Of a DNA stretch of 64,000 bases, positions 27,576 through 37,517 are shown piece after piece (the first letter of the stretch is position 1; each line of letters opens with the position of its first letter). The translations under genes and the position numbers were made by a program. Below the pieces are notes generated by a model, which was not told the DNA's origin, did not search any database, and saw only the letters and a list, made by a program, of their open reading frames with translations. The stretch comes from Parcubacteria group bacterium. GTDB lineage: Bacteria > Patescibacteriota > Minisyncoccia > Moranbacterales > UBA11712. The stretch lies in the NCBI GenBank assembly GCA_041659065.1, contig JBAZYY010000002.1:24091-88090 (forward strand), given 5' to 3'.

Positions 27576-28040
27576 TTATACCCCTTCGGCTAAAGCAATT
27601 GTTTCTCCCTGAGCCAGCTTTACAACCGCTTTTTTATAACCCTTTTTCCATCCGACCGTCTTTCCCTGAACTCTTTTTTTCCGGTGAATCTTGATCGTGT
27701 TCACCTCCAAAACGTTTACTCCGTAGTATCCTTCAATTGCCTGCTTTATCTGATGCTTATTGGCGTCAGGCTTCACTTTAAACACATACATATTTAGCTG
27801 GCCAAGTCCCGTGGACTTTTCGGATATAATCGGCTCCAGCAGAAATTTATAGCCCAAGTTTCCTTCTTTCTTGGCAACCTTTTTTTTAGGCGCGGCTTTC
27901 TTTTCCGGACTTTTAGCAGTTTCCTTGGGCGCGACTTCCTTCTTCATCTTTGGAGCTATCTCCTTCTTCTTGACCTCCTTGGATTCAGGCGCCGCCGGCT
28001 GCTGTTCCTTTTTTCCTAAAAATTTATTTATTATACTCAT
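27576..28040 (-). CDS. rplW: 50S ribosomal protein L23 with an ~60-aa Lys/Ala/Pro/Glu N-terminal extension
   Basis: PIISEKS, ANKHQIKQAIE, KKAVVKL. Confidence 0.94.
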   Translation of the reverse strand: MSIINKFLGKKEQQPAAPESKEVKKKEIAPKMKKEVAPKETAKSPEKKAAPKKKVAKKEGNLGYKFLLEPIISEKSTGLGQLNMYVFKVKPDANKHQIKQAIEGYYGVNVLEVNTIKIHRKKRVQGKTVGWKKGYKKAVVKLAQGETIALAEGV

Positions 28041-28074
28041 CTTTTCAAAATTTCCTAACTATATTATTTCAAAA

Positions 28075-28743
28075 TTACTTTTCTCCAGCCTCTTCTGCGG
28101 GTTTTCCAAGCTTTTCACTCAATTTTTTTTCGATGACCTTTATGCCTTCTTCACTTGCGACCAAATATTTATGGTTCAATATTTCAAAAACATTCAAATT
28201 TTCAACATCCTGGGAGCTTACGTGGGGAATATTCCTACTTGCCCTGCGTGATTCCCTCTCATTCTTTGAAAAACCAAACAGGATTGTTCCCTTCAATTTG
28301 AGCATTTCAATAGCCTGCTGAATAGCTTTGGTTTTAACATCGCTTAGTTTGAGAGTATCGATTATAACCAATTCTTTGTCAGAAACCTTCCCACTAAGCG
28401 CCACAGCCAGAGCCTTCCTGCCCATCTTTTTTGGAACATCTTTTTTAAAATTTCTTTCTTTGGTTGGCCCGAAAACGATACCGCCCTTTCTCCAAATCGG
28501 AGTCCTGACGGATCCTACTCGCGCCCGGCCAGTTCCCTTTTGCCGCCATGGTTTTTTGCCAGAACCCGCCCGTTCCGCCCGATCCTTTGTGTGCGCCAAT
28601 ACCTGGCGCTGATTCGAGAATTGAGATACGTAAACCTGGTGCAAAAGAATATCGTTTCTCTCCAGACCAAAAACCGTTTCGGACAGATCCACATCCTTAA
28701 TTTTTTCTCCTTTTAAATTTTTTACTGGTAATTTCAACATCAC
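28075..28743 (-). CDS. rplD: 50S ribosomal protein L4
   Basis: KKPWRQKGTGRARVGS, GGIVFGP. Confidence 0.97.
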   Translation of the reverse strand: MMLKLPVKNLKGEKIKDVDLSETVFGLERNDILLHQVYVSQFSNQRQVLAHTKDRAERAGSGKKPWRQKGTGRARVGSVRTPIWRKGGIVFGPTKERNFKKDVPKKMGRKALAVALSGKVSDKELVIIDTLKLSDVKTKAIQQAIEMLKLKGTILFGFSKNERESRRASRNIPHVSSQDVENLNVFEILNHKYLVASEEGIKVIEKKLSEKLGKPAEEAGEK

Positions 28744-28765
28744 TTATATTTCTAATTTTGTCCTT

Positions 28766-29356
28766 TTAGCGGCTGATCTCCACGATTCTTCCTCTTACTC
28801 CCGGCACCGCTCCCCTTAAAAATAAAATATTATTTTCTTTGTCTATTTCAACAATTACGAGATTTTTTACTGATGACCTTGTTCCGCCCATCCGACCCGC
28901 CATTCTCTTTCCTTTTATTACGTGCTCCGGATATGTCGCTCCGATAGAACCTGGCGCCCGAAGATCATGCTTGTGCCCATGAGTTTTTGGCGAACCCTTG
29001 AATCCGTGCCTTTTTACGACTCCCTGAAAACCTTTCGCCTTGGAAATTCCCGAAATTTTAATTTTTTCTCCAATCTCAAACTGGTTGATATCAACAATAT
29101 CTCCAACTTTCAAATCTTTCGTCTCTACTTTAAATTCCTTGATTCGCAAAAAATTTTTTCCTGGCTTTTCGCTTTTCGCTTTTCGCTTTGCGCTTTTTAG
29201 CCCGATTTGAATTGCCGCATACCCGTCCTGGTTGGTATTTCTGATTTGAGTAACCACGTTTGGCAAACATTCAACGAGAGTCACGTTTAAAGCGCCCTTT
29301 TCTTCGTCATATATAGTGCTCATTCCAAGCTTTTTTCCGAGAATAAACTTTGCCAT
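28766..29356 (-). CDS. rplC: 50S ribosomal protein L3
   Basis: GKKLGM, KGFQGVVKRHGF, RAPGSIG, GAVPG. Confidence 0.97.
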   Translation of the reverse strand: MAKFILGKKLGMSTIYDEEKGALNVTLVECLPNVVTQIRNTNQDGYAAIQIGLKSAKRKAKSEKPGKNFLRIKEFKVETKDLKVGDIVDINQFEIGEKIKISGISKAKGFQGVVKRHGFKGSPKTHGHKHDLRAPGSIGATYPEHVIKGKRMAGRMGGTRSSVKNLVIVEIDKENNILFLRGAVPGVRGRIVEISR

Positions 29357-29369
29357 ATCTATCTTTCAA

Positions 29370-29468
29370 ATAAAAAACTGGACTAAATCCAGTCAAAACT
29401 ATCGCGATTTTAGTTTATGACTAGTTCAGTATCCGCCTAAATTTTCGGAGAAGACTTGGGCGGACTTA
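29370..29468 (-). promoter_or_regulatory. Structured RNA / possible attenuator between rpsJ and rplC
   Basis: Hairpin tccgcccaa...ttaggcgga, then overlapping stems ending in actggatttagtccagt followed by a U-run. Confidence 0.4.
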
Positions 29469-29504
29469 AATTAGTTATCAGTTATAATTTTTATTGGCTC
29501 CGAA

Positions 29505-29843
29505 TTACATTTTTATCTCCACATCCACGCCAGCCGGAAGGTCAAGATTCGTCAGATTATCTATCGTTTTTGGAGTGGGGCTAAAAATATCGATCAGGCG
29601 CTTATGAATCCTCATTTCGTATTGGTCACGGCTGTCTTTATGAACAAATGTTGATTTGTTTACCGTGTATTTACGGATTTGAGTCGGTAAAGGAACCGGC
29701 CCTGCGATTTCCGCACCCGTCCTCTCGGCTGTTTCAACTATCTGCCTGGCTGAGCGATCAATTACCTTGTGATCGTAAGCTTTGATTTTTATCCTGATTC
29801 TTTGCTTGGCCTCTGCTTCTGCCGGTTTCTTAGCTGATGACAT
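29505..29843 (-). CDS. rpsJ: 30S ribosomal protein S10
   Basis: [34 protein letters not shown]. Confidence 0.98.
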   Translation of the reverse strand: MSSAKKPAEAEAKQRIRIKIKAYDHKVIDRSARQIVETAERTGAEIAGPVPLPTQIRKYTVNKSTFVHKDSRDQYEMRIHKRLIDIFSPTPKTIDNLTNLDLPAGVDVEIKM

Positions 29844-29853
29844 TTAGCTTTAA

Positions 29854-29955
29854 ACTCCCCACGCCGATCCTAACCACTGATTCCTACCAAGCTTGAAAGT
29901 TCGGAACATCTTCTTCTCATCTTGGAAAGAATTGGCCAAGATTGGTGTGGGGAGT
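29854..29955. repeat. MITE-like ~100-bp element with terminal inverted repeats (tuf-rpsJ spacer)
   Basis: actccccacgccgatc ... gattggtgtggggagt. Confidence 0.6.
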
Positions 29956-29972
29956 GAATATTAAATAACTAG

Positions 29973-31166
29973 TTATTTGATAATTTTTGTTACTACGCCT
30001 GCTCCAACGGTTTTCCCACCCTCTCGAATGGCAAATCTCATTCCCTCTTCCATAGCGACTGGAGCCACTAGTTTGACACCGAGATTGACGGTATCGCCTG
30101 GCATGACCATCTCAGTTCCCTCTGGAAGGGTGACCTCGCCCGTCACATCAGTAGTCCTGATATAAAATTGCGGCTTGTAACCCTTAAAGAATGGAGTGTG
30201 TCTTCCGCCCTCGTCTTTATTCAAGATATATACTTCACAGTCAAATTCGGTGTGAGGAGTAATAGAACCTGGTTTTGCCAAAACCTGTCCCCTTTCCACT
30301 TCTTCTTTTTTGGTTCCGCGCAGCAAGACTCCCGCGTTATCGCCAGCCTGTCCCTTATCAAGAGTTTTATTGAACATTTCGATCCCGGTAACGGTTGTTT
30401 TTGCAGTAGGCTTAATTCCCACTATTTCCACTTCTTCATTAACATTGATAATTCCCCTTTCAATTCTTCCGGTAACCACTGTACCGCGTCCTTCGATTGA
30501 GAAAATGTCTTCAATCGGCATCAAATACGGTTTATCGATATCCCGCACCGGATCAGGAATTTTTTCATCAAGAGCCGCAATAAGATCAAGAATCGGCTTG
30601 GCTGCCTCATCGTCTTTACTTTTTGATTCAAGCGCTTTAAGGGCTGAACCGCGAATAATAGAAGCATTGTCGCCATCGAACTCATATTTGGTTAATAGCT
30701 CTCTTACCTCAGCTTCAACCAGATCGATCAGTTCTGGATCATCAACCATGTCAACCTTATTGAGGAATACAACTACGGCCGGCACTCCCACCTGGCGAGC
30801 AAGCAAAATGTGCTCTCTGGTTTGAGGCATAGGACCGTCAGTGGCACTGACAACCAAAATTGCGCCATCCATTTGCGCGGCACCCGTAATCATGTTTTTG
30901 ATGTAGTCGGCATGCCCTGGGCAGTCGACGTGAGCGTAGTGCCGCTTTTCTGATTCATATTCACAATGAGCAGTAGCAATGGTAATTCCACGTTCTCTTT
31001 CCTCAGGAGCTTTATCGATTTCGTCAACGCCTTTTTCTTTGGCTTGACCAAGAAAGCTCAAGACATGCAAAATAGCGGCCGTAAGGGTTGTCTTGCCATG
31101 ATCAACATGTCCTATTGTACCAACATTTACGTGTGGTTTGGTTCTTTCAAATACTGCTGCTGCCAT
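29973..31166 (-). CDS. tuf: Elongation factor Tu
   Basis: [26 protein letters not shown]. Confidence 0.99.
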   Translation of the reverse strand: MAAAVFERTKPHVNVGTIGHVDHGKTTLTAAILHVLSFLGQAKEKGVDEIDKAPEERERGITIATAHCEYESEKRHYAHVDCPGHADYIKNMITGAAQMDGAILVVSATDGPMPQTREHILLARQVGVPAVVVFLNKVDMVDDPELIDLVEAEVRELLTKYEFDGDNASIIRGSALKALESKSKDDEAAKPILDLIAALDEKIPDPVRDIDKPYLMPIEDIFSIEGRGTVVTGRIERGIINVNEEVEIVGIKPTAKTTVTGIEMFNKTLDKGQAGDNAGVLLRGTKKEEVERGQVLAKPGSITPHTEFDCEVYILNKDEGGRHTPFFKGYKPQFYIRTTDVTGEVTLPEGTEMVMPGDTVNLGVKLVAPVAMEEGMRFAIREGGKTVGAGVVTKIIK

Positions 31167-31406
31167 ATTTTTTTATCGCGAATTGACATAAATCCAATTC
31201 GAATCCATGCCGATTCGTTATTATTAACTATTTATTAAGTTTTAGCATTAAAATGTCTGCCTGCCCGAAATGCTTTATCATTTAAGCAAATAACACATTT
31301 ACCATAATGCATAAAGCCTATATTTGCAATGCTTTTTGCTGCATCGCATTTAAAGCAGGCGGGTGAAATTATTCTAAACAATTTTTTAAAACTTGGCAAG
31401 TCCCTC

Positions 31407-31676
31407 CTACACATACTCCACATCTTCCAGCTTCTCAATTTCATCCGTCAGCAATTCTTTGGAATTATCAGTCTGATTTTCACGCCAAGCGGCAATATCA
31501 GAATTTATTCTATCAACTAATTCTTCCTCTGTCAAAGATTTGACATTTGGATAATTTTCAAGGCTTTTCTTGTATTCTTCCCAGCCCATAACAATGTAGC
31601 GAGGTTTATCCTTTTCAATAAAAATATATTTGCCACCCGCTTTTTCCATTAGCTCTTTCAGCTCCTGGGAGATCAT
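31407..31676 (-). CDS. Small hypothetical protein with Phd/YefM-like N-terminus, between fusA and tuf
   Basis: GGKYIFIEKDKPRYIVMGWEEY pattern; acidic tail. Confidence 0.65.
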   Translation of the reverse strand: MISQELKELMEKAGGKYIFIEKDKPRYIVMGWEEYKKSLENYPNVKSLTEEELVDRINSDIAAWRENQTDNSKELLTDEIEKLEDVEYV

Positions 31677-31717
31677 AAGATTAAAATTCGATTTATAATT
31701 TAGGCCCGAATCGCTAA

Positions 31718-33805
31718 TTATTTCCTTTCTCCTGATTTTATTTCTTCAGCAACATTTCTCGGAACTTCTTCGTAGTGATCAAATTCCATACTATAGCTGG
31801 CTCTGCCTTGCGACATCGAACGCAGTTGCGTCGCATACCCAAACATCGAAGCAAGCGGAACAAGAGTTTTTATTTCCTTGACCCTCGCGTTTCCTTCTCC
31901 ACGATCCTCAATTTCCTGAATTTGACCGCGTTTTGAATTGATATCGCCTACTACATCTCCCATAAATTGTTCCGGAGTTGTAATGTCAACTTTCATAATT
32001 GGCTCCAAAAGTATCGGATTTGCCCTCTTTACGGCTTCCTGCACCGCCAAAGATCCGGCGATTTTAAATGCCGCTTCCGAGGAATCAACATCATGAAATG
32101 ATCCGTCGTAAACTATCGCTTTTACGTCAACCATCGGGTAACCCGCGATTACTCCGTTATCCAAAGCTTCTTTAACACCTTTTTGAATCGGTGGAATATA
32201 TTCTTGCGGAATAATTCCCCCTTTGATTTCGTTCGCGAATTCGAATCCTTTTCCAGCTTCAAGCGGCTCAACCCTGATCCAACAGTGCCCGTACTGGCCG
32301 CGTCCTCCGGATTGGCGGATATATTTTCCTTCGGCTTCCGCAGTCTTCTTGATTGTTTCCCGGTAAGCAACTTGGGGACGGCCCACATTGGCTTCAACCT
32401 TAAATTCCCTCTTCATTCTGTCAACAATAATATCGAGATGGAGCTCTCCCATTCCTTCAATAATTGTCTGGCCGGAATCCTCGTCCGTGTGAACCCGAAA
32501 AGTCGGATCTTCTTCACTAAGTTTTTTGAGGGCAATTCCCATTTTTTCTTGATCCGCCTTTGTTTTCGGTTCAATCGCAATCGAAATGACCGGTTCCGGA
32601 AAGGTTATCGATTCAAGTAAAACCGGACTGCTAGGATCACAAAGAGTATCGCCGGTTGTTGTGTATTTCATGCCCACTAACGCCCCGATTCCACCTGAGT
32701 ATATTTCCTCTATTTCCTCGCGATGATTCGCGTGCATGCGCAAAATTCGACCGATTCTTTCTTTTTCTTCCTTGGAAGCATTGAGTGCGTAAGAACCGGC
32801 TTTGACCGTTCCCGTGTATACCCTGAAAAATGTCAGCTGGCCGACAAATGGGTCTGTAGCTACCTTGAATGCCAAAGCGGCAAAGGGCGCCGAATCATCC
32901 GGCTTTATTTCCAATTCTTCGTTATTTTTCGGATTGATTGCCTTGACCGGAGGTACATCAGCAGGCGACGGCAGATAATCAACAACTGCGTCAAGAACAG
33001 GCTGAACCCCTTTGTTCCTTAAAGCCGTCCCGCAAAAAACCGGGAATAATCTCACTTCAATGGTCGCTTTTCTTAAGGCGGATTTTAGCTCCTCAACGGA
33101 TATTTCTTCTCCGCCCAAAAATTTTTCCGTAAGCGTATCATCCGTTTCGGCTATTTTTTCAATCATCTTCTCGCGCCATTCCTTCGCCTGATCCGCAAGT
33201 TCGGCCGGCACGTCCTTCTCAACGACTTTTTCCCCTTTATCACCCTCGAAATAAACCGCTTTCATTTTCATTAAGTCGACCACCCCCGAAAAATCTCCTC
33301 TTTGGCCAATTGGAATTTGAACCGCGATTGCATTCGGATTAAGCCGGTTAATGATACTGGAAAGGGAATAAAAAAAATCCGCGCCTTCCTTGTCTACTTT
33401 GTTGATAAAGCACAGTCGCGGGACATTATACTTATCCGCCTGTCTCCAGACCGTTTCAGATTGGGGCTCTACCCCTTCTTTTCCATCAAAGACAACCACG
33501 CCACCGTCAAGAACCCGGAGACTTCTTTCGACTTCGACCGTAAAATCAACATGACCGGGAGTGTCAATTATGTTTATTTGGCAATCCTGCCAATAGCAAG
33601 TCGTGGCAGCACTGGTGATTGTGATACCTCTTTCTTTTTCCTGCTCCATCCAGTCCATGGTTGCCTCACCTTCATGAACCTCTCCGATCTTATGAGAAAT
33701 TCCAGTGTAAAACAAAACACGCTCGGTAGTCGTGGTTTTACCGGCGTCGATGTGGGCAATGATGCCTATGTTTCTGTATTTTTCTATGGGATACTTTCTT
33801 GCCAT
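31718..33805 (-). CDS. fusA: Elongation factor G
   Basis: [32 protein letters not shown]. Confidence 0.99.
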   Translation of the reverse strand: MARKYPIEKYRNIGIIAHIDAGKTTTTERVLFYTGISHKIGEVHEGEATMDWMEQEKERGITITSAATTCYWQDCQINIIDTPGHVDFTVEVERSLRVLDGGVVVFDGKEGVEPQSETVWRQADKYNVPRLCFINKVDKEGADFFYSLSSIINRLNPNAIAVQIPIGQRGDFSGVVDLMKMKAVYFEGDKGEKVVEKDVPAELADQAKEWREKMIEKIAETDDTLTEKFLGGEEISVEELKSALRKATIEVRLFPVFCGTALRNKGVQPVLDAVVDYLPSPADVPPVKAINPKNNEELEIKPDDSAPFAALAFKVATDPFVGQLTFFRVYTGTVKAGSYALNASKEEKERIGRILRMHANHREEIEEIYSGGIGALVGMKYTTTGDTLCDPSSPVLLESITFPEPVISIAIEPKTKADQEKMGIALKKLSEEDPTFRVHTDEDSGQTIIEGMGELHLDIIVDRMKREFKVEANVGRPQVAYRETIKKTAEAEGKYIRQSGGRGQYGHCWIRVEPLEAGKGFEFANEIKGGIIPQEYIPPIQKGVKEALDNGVIAGYPMVDVKAIVYDGSFHDVDSSEAAFKIAGSLAVQEAVKRANPILLEPIMKVDITTPEQFMGDVVGDINSKRGQIQEIEDRGEGNARVKEIKTLVPLASMFGYATQLRSMSQGRASYSMEFDHYEEVPRNVAEEIKSGERK

Positions 33806-33812
33806 ACTTTTT

Positions 33813-34280
33813 CTATGCGAAATGTGCGAACGCCTTATTGGCCTCCGCCATGCGATGGGTGTCTTCCCTTTTCTTCATGGCCGTGCCGCCTTTTTCTGCA
33901 GCTTCGATTAACTCTTGTGCCAGTTTTTCAGCCATTTTACTGCCTTTTTTGGCCCGGATAGCATCTCTTATCCAACGCATCGCCAGAGTCACTCTCCGAT
34001 CTCCTAAAACCTGAACCGGCACTTGATAGTTAGCTCCCCCGATACGCCGAGATTTGAGCTCGACTAGGGGTGAAACATTTTTGATTGCCTGTTCAAATAC
34101 GTTAAGGCCTCCTTTTTTAGTCTTTTCATGAATTATGTCAAAAGAATCGTAGATTACTTTTTGAGCGGTACTACGCTTTCCTCTTTCCATTAGCTGGCCA
34201 ATAAACCTTCCTACAGTCATGCTGTTGAACTTGGGATCTGGCCGCCATGATTTTCGATATACTCTTTTTCTTCGTGGCAC
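33813..34280 (-). CDS. rpsG: 30S ribosomal protein S7
   Basis: [25 protein letters not shown]; GTG start. Confidence 0.98.
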   Translation of the reverse strand: MPRRKRVYRKSWRPDPKFNSMTVGRFIGQLMERGKRSTAQKVIYDSFDIIHEKTKKGGLNVFEQAIKNVSPLVELKSRRIGGANYQVPVQVLGDRRVTLAMRWIRDAIRAKKGSKMAEKLAQELIEAAEKGGTAMKKREDTHRMAEANKAFAHFA

Positions 34281-34294
34281 GTTCGTTTCACTCG

Positions 34295-34422
34295 ACTTAA
34301 AAATTAAAAGTGAAAAGTTTAAAATTAAGGTGCTCGCTACGCTCGAATATTATTATTTATAAAGTAACTATCGCGAAGCGACACCAAAATTTTTAATTTT
34401 TCATTTTTGACTTCTAACTTTC
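34295..34422. repeat. CGCT.CGC-core element (rpsL-rpsG spacer)
   Basis: aaaatta aaagtga aaagttt ... ggtgctcgctacgctc ... tcgcgaagcgacacc ... ttttaat ttttcat ttttgac. Confidence 0.9.
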
Positions 34423-34427
34423 GAAAC

Positions 34428-34844
34428 CTAAGCCTGCTTAGGTTTCTTCGATCCATATTTCGATCGACCTCGTTTGCGATCATTAACGCCGGCGGAATCC
34501 AAAACACCCCTCACTACGTGATAACGGACACCCGGAAGATCCGGAACCCGTCCTCCGCGAATCATAACGATTGAGTGCTCTTGAAGATTATGCCCAATAC
34601 CCGGAATATAAGCCGTCACTTCCATGCCGTTAGTAAGACGAACTCTAGCGATTTTTCGAAGGGCGGAATTAGGCTTCTTTGGAGTGGTGGTGGAAACCTT
34701 CACGCAAACGCCACGTTTAAACGGACTATCGGTATTAATCGGCTTATTTTTGAGTGTATTAAAAATCCTCGTCATTGCTGGCGATTTAGGCTTTCTTTTT
34801 TGGACCTTGCGCGGCCGTTTTTTGAGCTGATTGATAGTTGGCAT
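34428..34844 (-). CDS. rpsL: 30S ribosomal protein S12
   Basis: [32 protein letters not shown]. Confidence 0.99.
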   Translation of the reverse strand: MPTINQLKKRPRKVQKRKPKSPAMTRIFNTLKNKPINTDSPFKRGVCVKVSTTTPKKPNSALRKIARVRLTNGMEVTAYIPGIGHNLQEHSIVMIRGGRVPDLPGVRYHVVRGVLDSAGVNDRKRGRSKYGSKKPKQA

Positions 34845-34845
34845 G

Positions 34846-34908
34846 AGCGCTTCGCTGAATGCAAAATTTAAAATGCAAAACTTAAAATTTCGGTGTTCGC
34901 TTTGCTCA
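34846..34908. repeat. Half copy of the element in the rpsL leader
   Basis: aaaattt aaaatgc aaaactt aaaattt cggtgttcgctttgctc. Confidence 0.75.
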
Positions 34909-34957
34909 CATATTCTGTTTTAATGCAAATAAAACTGCTAGTGAGCTAGCACCCGTA

Positions 34958-34986
34958 ATATTAGATAAATATTAATAAAATGTCAA
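34958..34986 (-). promoter_or_regulatory. Sigma70 promoter of the str/S10/spc cluster
   Basis: TTGACA-17 nt-TAATAT on the minus strand, about 115 nt upstream of rpsL. Confidence 0.65.
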
Positions 34987-35069
34987 CCCTCCTTTCGGGA
35001 TAGCTTATATTTTTAATTTCTCGATGTCGCAATGCTTGAAAATTGTGAATTGAAAATCAAAAATTTCCA

Positions 35070-35759
35070 TTATATCCCCAGTACGAGCCTGAAAAATGAA
35101 AGTTCAATAAACCGAATAATCGTAAATATCGGACCGGATAGAATTATAACCAAGGGTATTATGAAAATTAAGCCAAATTGTTCAAGATACAGCTTGCGTT
35201 CTTCGCTGATCGGTAGAATAGCGAATAGAAGTTTCGATCCATCCAGAGGCGGAATGGGCACCAAGTTGAAGAAAGCCAGTAGGATATTGACGTAGATTAT
35301 CATAATAAACAGGATCGCCACGCCGCTCAGGCCAGATCCGAGCAATCCCTGGCCCGTAAACAGATTATTGAGCAACTTGATACTATCCGAGATAGGCACT
35401 AAGCCACTTATGATAAAAATTTTCAAAAAAATACCAAAAACAATTGCTATCACGATATTAGAAATCGGGCCAGCCGCTCCGACTACCGCCGGACCATACT
35501 TCTGATTTTTAAGATTGTATGGGTTATAGGGAACTGGTTTTGCGGAGGCAAAAAAGAACGCTCCGCCGGAAAGCACCCAGAGAAGGACTGGCATCAAAAA
35601 AGACCCCCAGAGATCGAGATGCTTGATGGGGTTAAGCGTTAGTCGGCCCGCGTATTTAGCCGTTGGGTCTCCCAACCAAAAAGCCGCGAGACCGTGAGAC
35701 ACCTCATGGACAACAGCCGACATCACTAAAATTATCAAAAGCAGTACAAAATCAGGCAT
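35070..35759 (-). CDS. Site-2 protease family (M50) membrane metalloprotease
   Basis: HEVSH, GRLTLNP..H, AAGP.SN, FNLVPIPPLDG. Confidence 0.93.
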   Translation of the reverse strand: MPDFVLLLIILVMSAVVHEVSHGLAAFWLGDPTAKYAGRLTLNPIKHLDLWGSFLMPVLLWVLSGGAFFFASAKPVPYNPYNLKNQKYGPAVVGAAGPISNIVIAIVFGIFLKIFIISGLVPISDSIKLLNNLFTGQGLLGSGLSGVAILFIMIIYVNILLAFFNLVPIPPLDGSKLLFAILPISEERKLYLEQFGLIFIIPLVIILSGPIFTIIRFIELSFFRLVLGI

Positions 35760-35857
35760 ATTATTGAGAAACAGTAAATTGATTTTTCCTTATTTAATAC
35801 GGATCTTGCCAGTATTTCTTTTTTATGTTAACTTGAACCAGTTAATTAAGCAACCTT

Positions 35858-35930
35858 TTCATGTAACACAAAACATGAAACATGAAACATGAGTTTATTC
35901 GACCTCGTGTTACGTGTTACATGTTACATG
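35858..35930. repeat. Inverted heptamer array (AAACATG / TGTTACA type) in the rpmB leader
   Basis: taacaca aaacatg aaacatg aaacatg ... tgttacg tgttaca tgttaca. Confidence 0.85.
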
Positions 35931-35934
35931 CCCT

Positions 35935-36108
35935 ATGTCACGAGTCTGCCAAATTTGCGGCCGCGGACCAAAATCCTCCCAAAGCCGCTCCCACTCCAAT
36001 ATCGCCACCAAAAGAACGATGGCCATCAATCTTCAAACCAAAAAAACCGGCGGAAAGAATCTGAAGATCTGTACCAAGTGCCTCAAGACCGCCGCCAAAG
36101 AAAAATAG
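35935..36108 (+). CDS. rpmB: 50S ribosomal protein L28
   Basis: MSRVCQICGR...SHSNIATKR...NLQ...ICTKCLK. Confidence 0.95.
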   Translation: MSRVCQICGRGPKSSQSRSHSNIATKRTMAINLQTKKTGGKNLKICTKCLKTAAKEK

Positions 36109-36409
36109 CTCCGAAAGGAGCTATTTCTTGTTCTCCAATTTTTACTCCGACATTCAATATTGTGTCAGTTTAATTAATGAATAATCTGTTTTTTTATTCT
36201 TTGGTTCACAAAAAAAGATTAGTAACTAACTTTCCTCTCTTAAAATTTAGTGCTTAGTTTTAGCGAGGCTTTTTTATAATTCGGCAATTCACGGCAATTC
36301 ATTTTACCCACAGCCACCATATCTACCCAAAAAAATATTTGTCCATGAAAATGCCGCTGTGTTTCAATCTCAAATCAGAGATCAATTACATTTGATTTTC
36401 TGAAAATAT

Positions 36410-36943
36410 TTACTGTTGCTGTACGGCAATCACTGATGCTGTCATTTCGTCATTGCTGATTACTACCTTATCCGAGATAATCCTGGCTACATCATCCTTT
36501 TGAATCTCGGCAAGATTCTTGGTGGGAAATAGCGTCTTACTGTTGAAATTGACCTTGACATCCTTCATCTTTTTTTCAAAAGCGCTAAACGGCATCGCCT
36601 TGCCTGGTTCAAAACCAGCGGATTCTTTCGGCCGCGTAAAATCGGGAATTTCAACTTGCGCGACGATATAGCCGTCTCCGATTTCAGAAATCCTGCCCAT
36701 GAAATCATTGTCCAGTCCCTTATCTTGGTCTTCGGCGCGGATAGTGGCATTGTCCGGCCTCGTATTTGCGCCAGCCATCGGCTGGCTGGCTGCAATCGGC
36801 ACACTCAAAACTCTTGTTCGATTGAAAATGATTACCAAGAAGACGATGATAATTACGAATAAAAAACCATACGCAGCTATCACAATTTTTAATATTTTTT
36901 CGTTCATTTTATTTTTAATTAGCTTATGACTGTTTAGGTGCAA
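36410..36943 (-). CDS. Membrane-anchored protein with one predicted beta-barrel repeat (probable start 36907)
   Basis: N-terminal TM; G.ISEIG..YIVA...T.F......I..DD pattern shared with 37518-38333. Confidence 0.7.
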   Translation of the reverse strand: MHLNSHKLIKNKMNEKILKIVIAAYGFLFVIIIVFLVIIFNRTRVLSVPIAASQPMAGANTRPDNATIRAEDQDKGLDNDFMGRISEIGDGYIVAQVEIPDFTRPKESAGFEPGKAMPFSAFEKKMKDVKVNFNSKTLFPTKNLAEIQKDDVARIISDKVVISNDEMTASVIAVQQQ

Positions 36944-37428
36944 AGCCCGGGGTTAATTTCAGGTGTTCTGGTACAATAATAAGATCCTGTTCCACCAGCA
37001 GAGCACACATAGTAGCACGTCGTACAAGAACTTGTATCGGGGTCTGAGGCCTCCTGCCCACAGCTCAATACGCGACCGCTAACATTGCACTGACAAAGAG
37101 GTTCTGCAATTGTCGTTGTCGTAGTCGTAGTCGTACTTCCACTTGGCCACTCTGTCTTGCACACTCCCCGGATACAAACTTGGTCGGCATTGATTGTTCC
37201 CGCTCCCTTGTTGCCGCCGGTTGTCGAACTGCCAATCAGCATCCCGCCGTTGATGTTCAAATTTCCCGCTTTCGTCTGCGCCGTCCCGCTCGTATTGATC
37301 GGCGCGCCGAGATTTCCTCCCGGAGGATCCGAAGCGGGTTCGGTCCAAGCCCGGACGAACTGAAGCGCTAAACCCAGAGCGATGCCAACCGCAGCGATTG
37401 AGAGCCAGTAGCTAATTCTATTTTTCAT
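36934..37428 (-). CDS. Secreted protein, AWTEP...PPGGNLGAPINT N-terminus with Cys-rich C-terminus
   Basis: Signal peptide; Thr-rich linker; N-terminus paralogous to 38352-38975. Confidence 0.75.
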   Translation of the reverse strand: MKNRISYWLSIAAVGIALGLALQFVRAWTEPASDPPGGNLGAPINTSGTAQTKAGNLNINGGMLIGSSTTGGNKGAGTINADQVCIRGVCKTEWPSGSTTTTTTTTIAEPLCQCNVSGRVLSCGQEASDPDTSSCTTCYYVCSAGGTGSYYCTRTPEINPGLCT

Positions 37429-37517
37429 TTATTTGTTTTATTAAAATTTTTATAGTTAGTTATATCTAAAAGTCACTATGCAATATTTGTCTGAATCTCT
37501 CCTAACTTTAAATCAAC

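Noticed and set aside
37109-37138. Trinucleotide-like repeat (gtc/gta) in the 36934 gene as a phase-variation tract
   Set aside because: It encodes an in-frame poly-Thr linker with mixed codons.
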